A stretch of 64,000 bases of DNA from Candidatus Hadarchaeota archaeon (GCA_964474885.1 CAYYWO010000002.1:96870-160869), one strand, 5' to 3'. Shown: positions 20,310 to 30,474, numbered from the stretch's first letter. The notes: a model not told the origin generated them from the letters alone. Numbers and translations: made by a program.

Positions 20310-21076
20310 TATTCGATCACCCTTCTAAGCTTTTCAGCACATGAAAAAGCCAGCTCCTCGGCCTTAAGCACCTCATCCAAATCCAAAAAACCACCTCCTT
20401 TTTGTATTGCACAGATGCTACCGTCCTCCTTCACACAGAAAGTTATGCGCGCATCCATGATCTCCTCCTCTTCCAACACCGGATCGACCAGCAGGCTCTT
20501 GTTGATCTTTGCTATGGTGACCGAAACCGGTTTGCAGGTGAGGGAGAAATCATGAACCCAGTCGGGATCTTCCGGGGGCCTCATGCTTGCCAATGCTGCC
20601 GTCGCCGCCAGCATTGAAGCATCGTATAAGTTTCCCCCGTGATCCAGCACGTGTATGTCAACATAGAGAACCCAGACCTCCTCTCCCGGTTTGATGCAGA
20701 GTTTCTTAAAGTCGATGCACTTAGATTCCCTGAGCCCTCTGTCCACAATTCTCGCCAACTCTATCGAGTTTTCGTCCGGAGGACCTGGCTCGAAAGTAGG
20801 AGAGGCGAGGGGTAGGAGCTCAGCGTTCACGATGAGGGCGCCTTCATCAGGGGTGTCTGGGAAGGGGGGCATGCGCTTGGGCTTCACCCCGACCATCACC
20901 GCCGTCTCTCCCAGCCTGACGAGGGCGGAACCCTCGGCCGGCCCGATCGTGCCTTTCTCGACCGAGATCTGCCTAAACTCGTCGAAGCCCCTCCCGTCAA
21001 TCCTCTTCCCTTGCTCAATTAGCTTTAAGATGCTTTCACGCTTCAGAATGGCGGTTACCTCCTCCCTCTCCATCAC
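20309..21076 (-). CDS. rrp42: Exosome subunit Rrp42
   Basis: [38 protein letters not shown]. Confidence 0.96.
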   Translation of the reverse strand: MMEREEVTAILKRESILKLIEQGKRIDGRGFDEFRQISVEKGTIGPAEGSALVRLGETAVMVGVKPKRMPPFPDTPDEGALIVNAELLPLASPTFEPGPPDENSIELARIVDRGLRESKCIDFKKLCIKPGEEVWVLYVDIHVLDHGGNLYDASMLAATAALASMRPPEDPDWVHDFSLTCKPVSVTIAKINKSLLVDPVLEEEEIMDARITFCVKEDGSICAIQKGGGFLDLDEVLKAEELAFSCAEKLRRVIE

Positions 21077-21792
21077 CCTTGGCCCACCTCCTCGTACTTC
21101 TGTCTGAGGGCCCGCCTTTGGAGCTCGAAGAGCTGCTCACACCCTTTCTTAGCCAGCTCCAGAGCCTGCCGGAATTCTTCTCTCGTTAGGTGCCCGTCCA
21201 TCTGGAGCAGGGTTATCTTCTTGTCCCTACCCGTCATCACCACTGGCATGTCCGCCTCACCATACTGGTCCTCCTCCGCATTCAAATCCAGAACGAGCGT
21301 ACCGCCGACTTTCCCCACCGAAACCCCTGCGACCAAGTCCCTGATAGGGATGCCCGCATCCGCCAGCGCCACCGAGCTCGCCGTTACCCCCGCCACCCTG
21401 GTCCCTGCATCCGCTTGCAGCACCTCAACATACAGGTCTATCACGGAGCGGGGATACATGTTGAGGAAGAGCACGGGTTCCAGAGCCTCCCGGATCACCT
21501 TGGAGATCTCAATCGATCTCCTGTCGGGACCTGGCTTCTTCCTCTCAGGAACCGAAAAGGGAGCCATGCTGTACCTGCACCTGAGCAGGGCGGAGTCCGG
21601 CCGCTGCAGGTGCCTTGGATGCAACTCCTTTGGCCCGTAAACGGCTGCTAGAATCTTGTTCTTCCCCACCTCTATATAAGCCGACCCGTCAGCCCTCCTG
21701 AGGACACCAACCCTCAGCTTGACCGGCCTTAGCTCATCGGGCTTCCTGCCGTCTATCCTCCTCCCCTCAACCAGCAACCGCTTCTCCTCCAT
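21073..21792 (-). CDS. rrp41: Exosome subunit Rrp41
   Basis: [38 protein letters not shown]. Confidence 0.97.
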   Translation of the reverse strand: MEEKRLLVEGRRIDGRKPDELRPVKLRVGVLRRADGSAYIEVGKNKILAAVYGPKELHPRHLQRPDSALLRCRYSMAPFSVPERKKPGPDRRSIEISKVIREALEPVLFLNMYPRSVIDLYVEVLQADAGTRVAGVTASSVALADAGIPIRDLVAGVSVGKVGGTLVLDLNAEEDQYGEADMPVVMTGRDKKITLLQMDGHLTREEFRQALELAKKGCEQLFELQRRALRQKYEEVGQG

Positions 21793-22471
21793 GTTTAACG
21801 CCTTCCTCTAACAAGGCTTTAATCCTGTCCGTCAGGCCCGTCGTGTGCGCCTCCCTCTCGATCTTTTTCAGTGCCTGAGAGATCAGCATGAATTTCCTCG
21901 AATCGTTCGTTTGAATCACTATGCGGCCGTTCTGCCCCACCTTCAGCTCGCAGCCCATGACCTGCCTGATCGTGTTGAGCATCGATCTGCGTCTACCTAT
22001 GACCCTAGGTGTCTTCACGGGTGTGATTTCAACCAGCCAGCCTTCCTTGAGCTTGCCGTAGCCTTTTCCCCGAATGGAGAGCCTTATTTTTCGCTGCCCC
22101 GTCACTTCCAGCACCTTGGCGTAAATCATGTCCCCCACGCGCAGAAATGAGCTCAAGTTCACCCGGAAGACGTTGACTTTCCCTATCGCGTCCTGAGCCC
22201 AGAGGTCCGCCTCCGTCGGAGCCCTCACGTCCACCTTCCAACCGTAGGGGTGGGAATCCACCACGAGTCCTATTACATCATCCCCGACTTTCGGCTCGTA
22301 GGCTCCTTCCAGAGCTATCACCCCTATCTCGCCCTTCTTCACCTCCACCAGGCCTGTCACGCAGGAGTATATCCTCTTTCCATCCCTGTAAGCCCCCTTG
22401 CCTGCCTTCATCTCCCCTTCGGCCAACAACTGCCCAGGAACCACGAGCTCCCTCTCCTTTACGAGGATCAT
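21767..22471 (-). CDS. rrp4: Exosome RNA-binding cap Rrp4
   Basis: VVPGQ, Y.PKVGD.VIG, RVIG...SM, VGQNGRI; ATG at 22471 overlaps the SBDS stop. Confidence 0.95.
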   Translation of the reverse strand: MILVKERELVVPGQLLAEGEMKAGKGAYRDGKRIYSCVTGLVEVKKGEIGVIALEGAYEPKVGDDVIGLVVDSHPYGWKVDVRAPTEADLWAQDAIGKVNVFRVNLSSFLRVGDMIYAKVLEVTGQRKIRLSIRGKGYGKLKEGWLVEITPVKTPRVIGRRRSMLNTIRQVMGCELKVGQNGRIVIQTNDSRKFMLISQALKKIEREAHTTGLTDRIKALLEEGVKHGGEAVAG

Positions 22472-23160
22472 CGGGTTTCCTCCACCTTTATCTCTCCCTT
22501 CGTGAGCTGGCTTAATTTGTCCATGAGCTCGGCGAAGATCCCCGCGGGAAGCTCGAGCTGGAGAAGGAGGCTCCCATCTGATCCCCACTCCTCCTTCAGG
22601 GGGTTATAGCTCCTGAGGAGCCCGTAGACCTTCCCCACGTGAGAAGCGGGTACTTTGAGCTCCACTTTTTTCGTCTGGAGGCTCATGGGCAGGATTGCGG
22701 ACAGGGCCCTCACCACCGCTGGCACCTGCTCCTCCGCTGACTTGAACTCGTCTATTCTCACACCCGCCTGCTGGATCGCGGCCTCTATCCGGGGGGCGGG
22801 GTGAGGAGTGCCCGTCTGCGGGTTCACAGCTTGCCTGGCGATGATGCTCGCTATCTGCTTCAGTCTCTCCTCCCTCATCCTCCTGCGCATCTCGGTCGTC
22901 AGCTGGACCTGACCCCTCTTCACAATTTCGACTGCCGCCTTGAACACATCCGTGGTCCCGAAGGCTCCGAGGAGGTCCTTGGTGGGCACTTCCTCGCCCT
23001 TCCTCGCGTCCCGAAAGACTCTATCCACCGCCAGCAGTTCTCTCACATCCACCTCCTTCCCCCTCTTCAGCTCGAGCGCGAGCCTTGGGTCCACCAGCAC
23101 CTCAAAATTCTTCCCTTGGACTTCAACTCGGGCTATCACGGCTTCCTCTAGCCTCACCAT
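22468..23160 (-). CDS. Ribosome maturation protein SBDS/Sdo1
   Basis: FEVLVDP, VF.DARKG, GQVQLT, NPQT..PHP..RIE.A. Confidence 0.95.
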   Translation of the reverse strand: MVRLEEAVIARVEVQGKNFEVLVDPRLALELKRGKEVDVRELLAVDRVFRDARKGEEVPTKDLLGAFGTTDVFKAAVEIVKRGQVQLTTEMRRRMREERLKQIASIIARQAVNPQTGTPHPAPRIEAAIQQAGVRIDEFKSAEEQVPAVVRALSAILPMSLQTKKVELKVPASHVGKVYGLLRSYNPLKEEWGSDGSLLLQLELPAGIFAELMDKLSQLTKGEIKVEETR

Positions 23161-23168
23161 CCTCTCAC

Positions 23169-23882
23169 CTACTTGATTTTCCCCAAGTGTGAGGAAATCT
23201 CGTCTGAAGTGAGCATGCGGAACTTCTTGGTAGCCGAGGGGACGACGGCCACCTCCAAAACCTCGGGAGATATCCCCTCTTCCATCACCACTTTCAAAAC
23301 CCTCAGCGCCAGCTGAATCGCCTCATCCAGCTTCATGTCCTCCTTGTACAACCTCTCCAGCATCTCGATGGCGCTCTCGCTACCCGCGCCGATCGCGTGG
23401 GCCTTGTAGCTGGCTACGGCCCCGCTGGGATCCGTTTCATAGAGCTGGGGGGATACGTCCACGCCGCCTATCAGGAGCCTGACTCCGAAGGGGCGGACTC
23501 CTCCGTGCTGGGTGTAGAGCTGTTTTATGTCCCCGATGTACCTGGCCAAGCTGGCTATAGATATGGGCTCGTCGTACCTCAGCCTGTTCAGCTGGGCCTC
23601 TATCCGGGCCGACTCCACCAGCACCCTCGCATCTGCAATCAGGCCGGAGGCTGCCGCCCCCACATGCTGATCTATCTCGAAGATCTTCTCAACAGAGGTT
23701 TCCTCCAAGAGCTTTCCTTTCTTCTTCTCGGCCGCCAAAACCACCCCCTCACTCACCTTGATCCCGACCGCAGTCAGGCCTTTCTTCACCGCCTCCTGAG
23801 CGTACTGGACTTGGTAAAGTTTCCCATCGGGGCTGAAGATTGTGATCGCCCTATCGTAACCTGCGGGTGGGGGAAACATCAA
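23169..23882 (-). CDS. psmA: Proteasome alpha subunit
   Basis: YDRAITIFSPDGKLYQVQYA, YTQHGGVRPFG. Confidence 0.98.
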   Translation of the reverse strand: MMFPPPAGYDRAITIFSPDGKLYQVQYAQEAVKKGLTAVGIKVSEGVVLAAEKKKGKLLEETSVEKIFEIDQHVGAAASGLIADARVLVESARIEAQLNRLRYDEPISIASLARYIGDIKQLYTQHGGVRPFGVRLLIGGVDVSPQLYETDPSGAVASYKAHAIGAGSESAIEMLERLYKEDMKLDEAIQLALRVLKVVMEEGISPEVLEVAVVPSATKKFRMLTSDEISSHLGKIK

Positions 23883-23900
23883 TCATTGCTCTTGGGGGTT

Positions 23901-24212
23901 TTAACTTACACGATCCCCCGGGGTGGTGTCCGTTACTATGGTAACAGACGGCTGAACCCTGTCAAAAAACTTCCTCCTGGCCTTCTTGATCGTCCCGGAG
24001 ACTCCCACCACCGTCGCGCCAGCTTGAGCCAGTACGTGCTTGGCCTGTTCCAAGTCCAGGTGAGCAACCCTTATCAATCCGGCCTCACCCCGTGTCAAAA
24101 TCACCCTAACGAACTCCGGATGAGCTAACCTTGCCCTGAGGATGCCAGCGAGCTCGGATACATCGGACGAGACGCAGACTATGTACCTCCTCCTTAGCTT
24201 CCTCCCCGCCAT
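23901..24212 (-). CDS. rnp2: RNase P protein component 2 (Pop5), compact
   Basis: RRRYI, G.IRV.H, GVSGTIKKA; synteny with psmA. Confidence 0.8.
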   Translation of the reverse strand: MAGRKLRRRYIVCVSSDVSELAGILRARLAHPEFVRVILTRGEAGLIRVAHLDLEQAKHVLAQAGATVVGVSGTIKKARRKFFDRVQPSVTIVTDTTPGDRVS

Positions 24213-24634
24213 CAGGATCCCCTAAGTCTCTCGACGAACTCCCGAGCCTTTTGCTCGTCGGGAAAAACCAGCTTAACGTGTATGACATCCGAGCCCTCGC
24301 TCACCTTTAACCTCCCCTGGCAGGCCTCCTGCTTGTCGAACCTCACGTAGAGGACGTTCCCCTCCCTCTTCTTCCCGAGCTCCAGGTCCTCCTCCGGCAG
24401 GCTCCGGAGCCTCTCGCAGAGCTGCCTCACCCTCTCATCCCTGAGCCTCAGCTCTATCAGCTGGATGGGATTGCCAAAATGTCCCTTGAGCCTGCTCGAC
24501 CTGTAGCCCCTGGGATCCACCAGGGAGGAGAGAGCCCTGAGGACCTTCTCCTCGGATTCCGTTGCGTGAACGAACGTCCTCAGTGCTACCTCCTTGGGAA
24601 AAATCTCATCAGCCGTCCTAAAATCCCGTGCCAA
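24212..24634 (-). CDS. Exosome-operon RNA-binding protein (DUF54-like)
   Basis: VHATE.EEKV..AL, GHFGNPI, YVRFDKQ.A; probable TTG start at 24634 with GGAGGTG RBS. Confidence 0.85.
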   Translation of the reverse strand: MARDFRTADEIFPKEVALRTFVHATESEEKVLRALSSLVDPRGYRSSRLKGHFGNPIQLIELRLRDERVRQLCERLRSLPEEDLELGKKREGNVLYVRFDKQEACQGRLKVSEGSDVIHVKLVFPDEQKAREFVERLRGS

Positions 24635-26019
24635 ACTGTACACCTCCTTGACAGGGGATTCTTTGCGCCTCCGCCGGCGGTTTCAACGCGGCTACGAGCC
24701 GCTCTGCCACCGGCTGCATCTGGCGCCATTCGGGGGGGGACGTGGCTCCCCACATTCTTAGTCCACCAGCGAGCGGCTATGTTGTAGGCACCTACTAGGT
24801 GCCTATCGCCAACGAAGCCGCACCGCCTGCACGAGAACACGTGCCCATTCGGTCTTCTACGCGAACCACATGTCGGGTACGTGCTCGATGTCCCTTTCAC
24901 TTCGGCTCTGGGCAGGTAGTGCGTCCGGTACCCGTGCTGGAGAGCCTTGTGCTCGATAAAGAATTGAAGCCTACGGAACGGCCACTGGTTCAGCCTGCGG
25001 CGCATATCCTTGTGCATGCCCTTGCCGTTCCCCGACTTGCACTTGGAACGCATCGACTCTCTAATGCCAGTCAGATCCTCGAATACCGGCTCTACCCGTT
25101 CCCGCTCGATGATCTCAACAACCTGCTTGCTGACGACGTGTAGCACTTGGTTCGTTCGGTTGCGCCTGCGCCGCTCGTACTTGCGTTTCAGCTTCTGCTT
25201 CTGCACGGGGCGATGGGGCGGCACATCCAACTTCCGCCGGATCGACTTCTGCTTCAGCTCCATGGAGTGCGCGATGGTCGCGAGCTTGGACGTGTCGAGC
25301 TTGATGTGCTTGGGCCTCTGCCCCAGCTTCAGGATGCAGAGGTCCACGGAGCGCTCATTCACATCTATGCCGCAGATGCCCTCCGCTGACTTGAGTTCGA
25401 CCTCGCGCTTGAACGGCACGAAGACGCTTGTCCGATTTCCAAAAAGCGAGATTGTGACCTCGCCGACGCGCTTTCCATCGCGCCATTCCTCCAAGCAGCG
25501 GAGCCTGTGGTACTCCGTCACGACAAGGGGGAGCCAGAGGTGCTCACCCTTCCGCACCCGAATCTGGACCGCGTGGCCGTGAAAGCGACATGCACCTGAT
25601 GCGTTTCCGTCGCTCCACAGCTCAAGGCGCATCGTTCGCGCCTCATAGACAGGCGGCTTGTTTGGGTCGGCCCGCCCCTGACGGCACAGTCTGCGCCAGG
25701 AGCACAGGATCTGGGTCGCAACCTGCCCGGCCGAGTGGAACCAGTGCATCGCGAGGTCGAACTTCGACTTCCACTCCTCATACGCGACGCGATGCAGTGA
25801 GGCGCAGGAAGTCACCCTGTGGTCGAGGCACTTTTGAATGCAGAAGTTCACAGACGCAACGAACTGGTCTAGCAATCCTTCCAGCATCTGTTTCCGCCGT
25901 GTCAGGGGCGGGGTGACAAATCGTGCCGAACTAATGAATCGCACGTTAACACTCCACTCTGGCTCTGTTGACCTCCCAATTTGTTTCATCGGTATCGCCT
26001 GCCGGAACGCATCAAACAT
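24586..26019 (-). mobile_element. tnpB: IS200/IS605-family TnpB without adjacent TnpA; degenerate RuvC-III and Zn finger
   Basis: GIDVN (RuvC-I), FEDL (RuvC-II), W.F..LQ..IE.KA, TSS.YP.CG...CRRCG, DRH.VGAYNI. Confidence 0.9.
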
Positions 26020-26121
26020 TTTTTTTGGGACCTCCGTCTGTTTTGTCCTCGGTTCCCTAAATTACAGCTTTCTTGCCTAAATTGGAGAGAGAGTTGGCTA
26101 GAAGTAAATTCGGCCCTAAAG

Positions 26122-26604
26122 CTACATCAGCCCCCTTCCCCTTCTGCCAGCCGCCGTTAGGCCCCTGAACGCCCTCCCCCTCCTGCTGGCGACCCTCGAA
26201 AGCTCCGGATCGGACTTGACCGCAGGGTGGTGTGGGTCCACCATTATCACCTCGAAGTATTTGTGCTGCCCGTCCTCCGCCACCAAGTAGGAGTTCACGA
26301 CCTCCAGATTTCTGAACTTGCGTGCCGCCCTCTCCTCTGCCATCCACTGGATGCTCTTGGCTGGGGTGAACTTCCTAACGCCCATCCTCTTCGGCCTGCG
26401 CCCCCGGGAGGGCCTAGGCTTCCTGCGCCCCCCCTTCCTGATCCTCACCCTGACGACCACGACCCCCTGCTTCGCCTTGTAACCTATTTGCCTGGCCCTC
26501 CACGGATTCGTGGGTTTTGGTACCCTCACTATCGCCGGGCCTTTCCTCCACTCGATTAGCTTCTTCGAGAGATCCATCTCCGAGGTCCGTAGCCTGAGCA
26601 CCAC
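26122..26604 (-). CDS. rpl15e: 50S ribosomal protein L15e
   Basis: [39 protein letters not shown]. Confidence 0.97.
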   Translation of the reverse strand: MVLRLRTSEMDLSKKLIEWRKGPAIVRVPKPTNPWRARQIGYKAKQGVVVVRVRIRKGGRRKPRPSRGRRPKRMGVRKFTPAKSIQWMAEERAARKFRNLEVVNSYLVAEDGQHKYFEVIMVDPHHPAVKSDPELSRVASRRGRAFRGLTAAGRRGRGLM

Positions 26605-27512
26605 TATTGACCTAGCTCCTTCCTTATTTTATCGGCTATTATCAGGGCCGCCTTGAGCTGCGCCTCCTCCGTCGAGGCCCCCAGATGGGGTGTGAGTAGA
26701 ACGTTGGGCAACTGGGTAAGGGGGTGCCCGCCTAGGGGCTCCTCCCAGTATACGTCCAGGCAGGCCCCGGCTATCCAGCCCTCCCTCAGCGCCCTAAGCA
26801 GGGCCTCCTCCTGCACGACCGGGCCCCTGGCGGTGTTCACCAAGACGGCCGTTGGCTTCATCAGACGGAGCTCCCTTTCCCCGATCATCCCCTTGGTGCT
26901 CGGGTTGAGGGGGACGTGCAGAGAGACGAAATCCGACTGCTTCAGGAGCTCATCCAGCTCGACGTACTTTCCTCCCAAGTCCAGGAATTCCTGCCTCTTC
27001 ACCGGGTCGCAACCCAGCAACATCATTTCGAAAGCCCTGGCTCGCTTGGCTACCTCCAGACCTATCCCGCCCACCCCTACCAAACCCAACGCCTTTCCCT
27101 TGAGCTCCCTGCCCATCAGGGCCGATTTCTCCCACCTGCCCTCTTTCATGCCCCTGTCCGCCCTAGATATGTGCCTGCACCATGAGAGCATGAGGCCCAT
27201 CGTGAGCTCGGCTACCGCCACCCTAACGGACTCCGGTGCGTTCAGCACCTTTACCCCCCTTTCCTGGGCGGCCTGGACGTCTATGTTATCCAAGCCTGCA
27301 CCAGCCCGGGCTATGATGCGCAACTTCCGGCCGGCCTCTATGACCTCTTTTGTCACTTTTGTCGCACTCCTGACCACGAGCACCTCCGCATCCGCCACCT
27401 CCTTCAACAACTCTGCCCCCTTCAGGCCAAGCTTAACCTGCACTTCCCCGAGTTTGCTCAGTTCCTCGATTCCCTTCCGGTGTATGCGATCGGTGACCAA
27501 GATCTTCGGCAT
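26604..27512 (-). CDS. serA: D-3-phosphoglycerate / D-2-hydroxyacid dehydrogenase (no ACT domain)
   Basis: [38 protein letters not shown]. Confidence 0.85.
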   Translation of the reverse strand: MPKILVTDRIHRKGIEELSKLGEVQVKLGLKGAELLKEVADAEVLVVRSATKVTKEVIEAGRKLRIIARAGAGLDNIDVQAAQERGVKVLNAPESVRVAVAELTMGLMLSWCRHISRADRGMKEGRWEKSALMGRELKGKALGLVGVGGIGLEVAKRARAFEMMLLGCDPVKRQEFLDLGGKYVELDELLKQSDFVSLHVPLNPSTKGMIGERELRLMKPTAVLVNTARGPVVQEEALLRALREGWIAGACLDVYWEEPLGGHPLTQLPNVLLTPHLGASTEEAQLKAALIIADKIRKELGQ

Positions 27513-27556
27513 TTTTATCCGGTAAGTCTCTCCTCGCGCTTAAAAGGTTGATCGGG

Positions 27557-27892
27557 TCACCTTCCCGCTCCTCTTAGGACGGCGGCGACCTCAGGAAGAT
27601 CCTTGGTCGCAACCCTCCAGACAATGTCCAGTGCAACTCCAAAGTAGCGATGGATGATTACGTCGCGCATGCCTGCCATCTGCTTCCATGGCACGTTGCG
27701 GTACTTTCGCTTGAAATCCTGCGACAGGTGCTTCGCGGCCTCTCCAATGATTTCGATATTGCGGATGACCGCATCCTGCGTCTTCCGATCACGCTCGAAC
27801 TCCTCAAAGCTCATGCCCCGGACATACTCCCTTATCCGCGAAATCGCCTGCAGGATGTCGGCAACGAGATCTGCATCACTTCTGTCAAACAT
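27557..27892 (-). CDS. HepT-like HEPN toxin (DUF86)
   Basis: DAVIRNIEIIGEA; RX4H motif RDVIIHRY. Confidence 0.92.
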   Translation of the reverse strand: MFDRSDADLVADILQAISRIREYVRGMSFEEFERDRKTQDAVIRNIEIIGEAAKHLSQDFKRKYRNVPWKQMAGMRDVIIHRYFGVALDIVWRVATKDLPEVAAVLRGAGR

Positions 27893-28295
27893 AGATTAGA
27901 CTTTCCTTAATCCGCTCCCTGACGGACGGGATCCTTATTGACTCCAGCCCGGCGGGCGTGAGCAGGTCAACCCTCCTCCCGAGGAGCCTCTCCAACTGCT
28001 CCGCCAGATCAACGAATTCGAGCCCGAGCGGGCGCTCGAGTTCCACCATCAGGTCAACGTCGCTCCTGCCAGTCTGCTCCCCGCGTGCGAAAGAGCCGAA
28101 AACGGCGAGGCGCTTAACCCCATAACGGGAGGCGAGCTCCGGCTTAACTTTCCTCAGGATTTGGATGACCGCGTCCAAGTCTAAGGCCGTTCCTCTGACT
28201 CTCACCGAGGACTTGCAACGCGGGCAGGAAGTGTACCACCGACTCCTCCCCCGATATTCCCATTCATACCCGCAGCGTTTGCACACTAGCCTCAT
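27885..28295 (-). CDS. MntA-like minimal nucleotidyltransferase antitoxin with N-terminal zinc ribbon
   Basis: FGSFARG...SDVD (GSX10DXD); N-terminal CKRC...CPRC. Confidence 0.9.
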   Translation of the reverse strand: MRLVCKRCGYEWEYRGRSRWYTSCPRCKSSVRVRGTALDLDAVIQILRKVKPELASRYGVKRLAVFGSFARGEQTGRSDVDLMVELERPLGLEFVDLAEQLERLLGRRVDLLTPAGLESIRIPSVRERIKESLIYV

Positions 28296-28385
28296 CAGTT
28301 CAGTATGTATGTAGGTATTTCTCCTCCGGATTTCGAATGATGGGGTGCTTTTGAAGCCTTAAATATCCGTCAGGGCATGCGAACG

Positions 28386-28514
28386 ATGCCGTGCTGCCCC
28401 AAGTGCCCCTACTATGACACGTGCCCCGAGAAAAACGACTGCTGCCCCAACTGCCCGTACTACTCAAAGGAAGGCTGCCTCTACTCCCAAGAGGAGGAAG
28501 AGCTGTTAGAATAA
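28386..28514 (+). CDS. Cys-rich microprotein, 42 aa (not in ORF track)
   Basis: MPCCPKCPYYDTCPEKNDCCPNCPYYSKEGCLYSQEEEELLE*; TATA-like cttaaata at about 28358-28365; GC3-rich codons. Confidence 0.7.
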   Translation: MPCCPKCPYYDTCPEKNDCCPNCPYYSKEGCLYSQEEEELLE

Positions 28515-28536
28515 AAGTGGAACTGAAGAAACAAGG

Positions 28537-29037
28537 ATGCTGGTCAGGCTACAGCTTGAACTGGAGGACAAGCCCGGACAGCTCGTCAGGGCGCTCGAGC
28601 CCATAGCGAGGTACGGGGGAAACATCCAGAGCATCCTGCACCTTCGGGAGCAGAAGACGCCTCTGGGCAGGCTCCCCGTCACCCTGATCTTCGAGATCCA
28701 AGAGAGGGAGAAACTCGAGAAGATCTTGGACGCCCTCCGGAAGGCCGACATACGCATCGTCCAGATAGGGGAAAGGGAGTGGATGCACAGAACCACCGTT
28801 TTGCTACTGGGGCACGTCGTTCACGCGGGCCTGCAGCAGATCGTCGACAGGCTGAACTCGATGGGAAAGGTGCGGGTCTCTGATGTCAGCCTAGCGATGA
28901 GGGGTCCTGGTGCCGAGTCCGCGGCTAGGCTGAGCCTGATCGCAGAAGATCCCACTGCCCTCTCCCAGGCGGTTCTAGAGCTCGAGGGGGCTGCCGGGCG
29001 GATGGGGCTCCTGCTGGTCAAGAGGCTGGAAGAATGA
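28537..29037 (+). CDS. ACT-domain amino-acid-binding protein (hom-associated)
   Basis: LEDKPGQL..ALEPI...GGNI.SI.H; LLGHVVH; overlaps the hom start. Confidence 0.88.
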   Translation: MLVRLQLELEDKPGQLVRALEPIARYGGNIQSILHLREQKTPLGRLPVTLIFEIQEREKLEKILDALRKADIRIVQIGEREWMHRTTVLLLGHVVHAGLQQIVDRLNSMGKVRVSDVSLAMRGPGAESAARLSLIAEDPTALSQAVLELEGAAGRMGLLLVKRLEE

Positions 29038-30026
29038 GGCTCCTCCTCATCGGCTTTGGCAATCTGGGGAGGGGGCTGGCGAGGTCCATCCTCGAGGGAG
29101 GAAAGTTTAAGGATCTCAAAGTGGTGGGGATCGTGGATGAAAGAGGCGGCGTTTTGAACGACGAGGGGATTGAGCTGAGGCAGGCCCTCGAGGTGGCGGA
29201 GAGCGAAGGGAGTGTGGCCAAGATGGGAATTGAAGGTTTATCAGCTGTCGAAGCCATCCGGGAGTCTGATGCTGATCTCGTGGTTGAACTCACCCCCACT
29301 AACATAAAGACAGGGGAACCTGGATTGACCCATATAAGGACCGCGCTTGAGACGGGAAAACATGTCGTTACCTCCAACAAGGGGCCACTTGTTATTGCCT
29401 TCAGGGAACTGCAAAAACTCGCGAGTTCCAAGGGCGTCCAGTTCAAGTACTCGGCTACGGTTGGAGGAGCCATCCCCGTCATAAGCTTGGCTCGCAGGCT
29501 GGCAAGCGGGGATGAGATCTTGGGTGTACGAGGAGTGCTGAATGGGACTACCAACTACATCCTGACCAGAATGGAAAGAGAGGGGCTCAGTCAAGATGTC
29601 GTGATAAGGGAGGCACAAGAGCTCGGCATCGCGGAGAAAGACCCCACCCTCGATATCGAGGGGATAGACACAGCCTGCAAGCTCGTGATCCTCGCCAATT
29701 CAATCCTCGACATGGACGTAAAGCTCTCTGACGTGAAGATAACGGGCATCTCCAGGATAAGCCCCGAGGCCCTCAAGCTTGCGAGGGAGGCCGGTTACAC
29801 CATAAAGCTGATAGGGAATGCGGACAAGAAGGGGCTGGACGTCAGGCCCAGGCTCGTCCCGCTGGATCACCCCCTGAACATAGGAGGCACGCTGAACGCC
29901 GTCAGCTTCAGGCTCAGGTATGCGAGGGAAATAACCATAAGCGGGTTCGGAGCGGGGCCAGCAGAAACCTCCAGTGCCCTGCTCGCGGATATTATGGAGG
30001 TCCTAGCCTCCTCTCCTGCCTCCTAG
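29034..30026 (+). CDS. hom: Homoserine dehydrogenase
   Basis: GFGNLG, VVTSNKGP, ATVGGAIP, LNGTTNYIL, AE.DP..DIEG.D. Confidence 0.96.
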   Translation: MRLLLIGFGNLGRGLARSILEGGKFKDLKVVGIVDERGGVLNDEGIELRQALEVAESEGSVAKMGIEGLSAVEAIRESDADLVVELTPTNIKTGEPGLTHIRTALETGKHVVTSNKGPLVIAFRELQKLASSKGVQFKYSATVGGAIPVISLARRLASGDEILGVRGVLNGTTNYILTRMEREGLSQDVVIREAQELGIAEKDPTLDIEGIDTACKLVILANSILDMDVKLSDVKITGISRISPEALKLAREAGYTIKLIGNADKKGLDVRPRLVPLDHPLNIGGTLNAVSFRLRYAREITISGFGAGPAETSSALLADIMEVLASSPAS

Positions 30027-30474
30027 AGCTCATTCTCCCCCTCTCGACCATGGCGTGCAGGAGCATGCGGTTGGGGACGGAGAACCATCTGTTGCTGGCC
30101 GAGAGAATGCTGTTCAGCGCGCCTATCTCCACGAGTCTGTATTCCTTCCCGTAGAGAATTACTGGACTCCCCGGGAGGATCCTCCGGCTGAGGTGAACCC
30201 CAGCCAAGAAATCGTCCAAGAAAAGATCCTTAGCAAACCAGAGGATGAAGAACATGAAAACACCAATGATGGCGACATTCGTGAGCAGTGGTATGAGCCC
30301 CCATATGCTCAGGATCAGCCAAGTCCCGATCAACCCCAGAATGAGCAGGAGCCAGCGGTCGGCCTGAGGGCTGAAACGGGAGATCCTCGAGTGAAGAAGG
30401 GAGCCGAACCTATCCAAGGCTATTATCACCACCGCTGAAGAAACAACTTTCACCAGCAAGTCCAATGGAAACAT
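29992..30474 (-). CDS. Small membrane protein, MscS-like (3 TM + beta domain)
   Basis: Hydrophobic helices followed by AKD...FLAG..L, EIG..., VPN motifs. Confidence 0.55.
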   Translation of the reverse strand: MFPLDLLVKVVSSAVVIIALDRFGSLLHSRISRFSPQADRWLLLILGLIGTWLILSIWGLIPLLTNVAIIGVFMFFILWFAKDLFLDDFLAGVHLSRRILPGSPVILYGKEYRLVEIGALNSILSASNRWFSVPNRMLLHAMVERGRMSSRRQERRLGPP

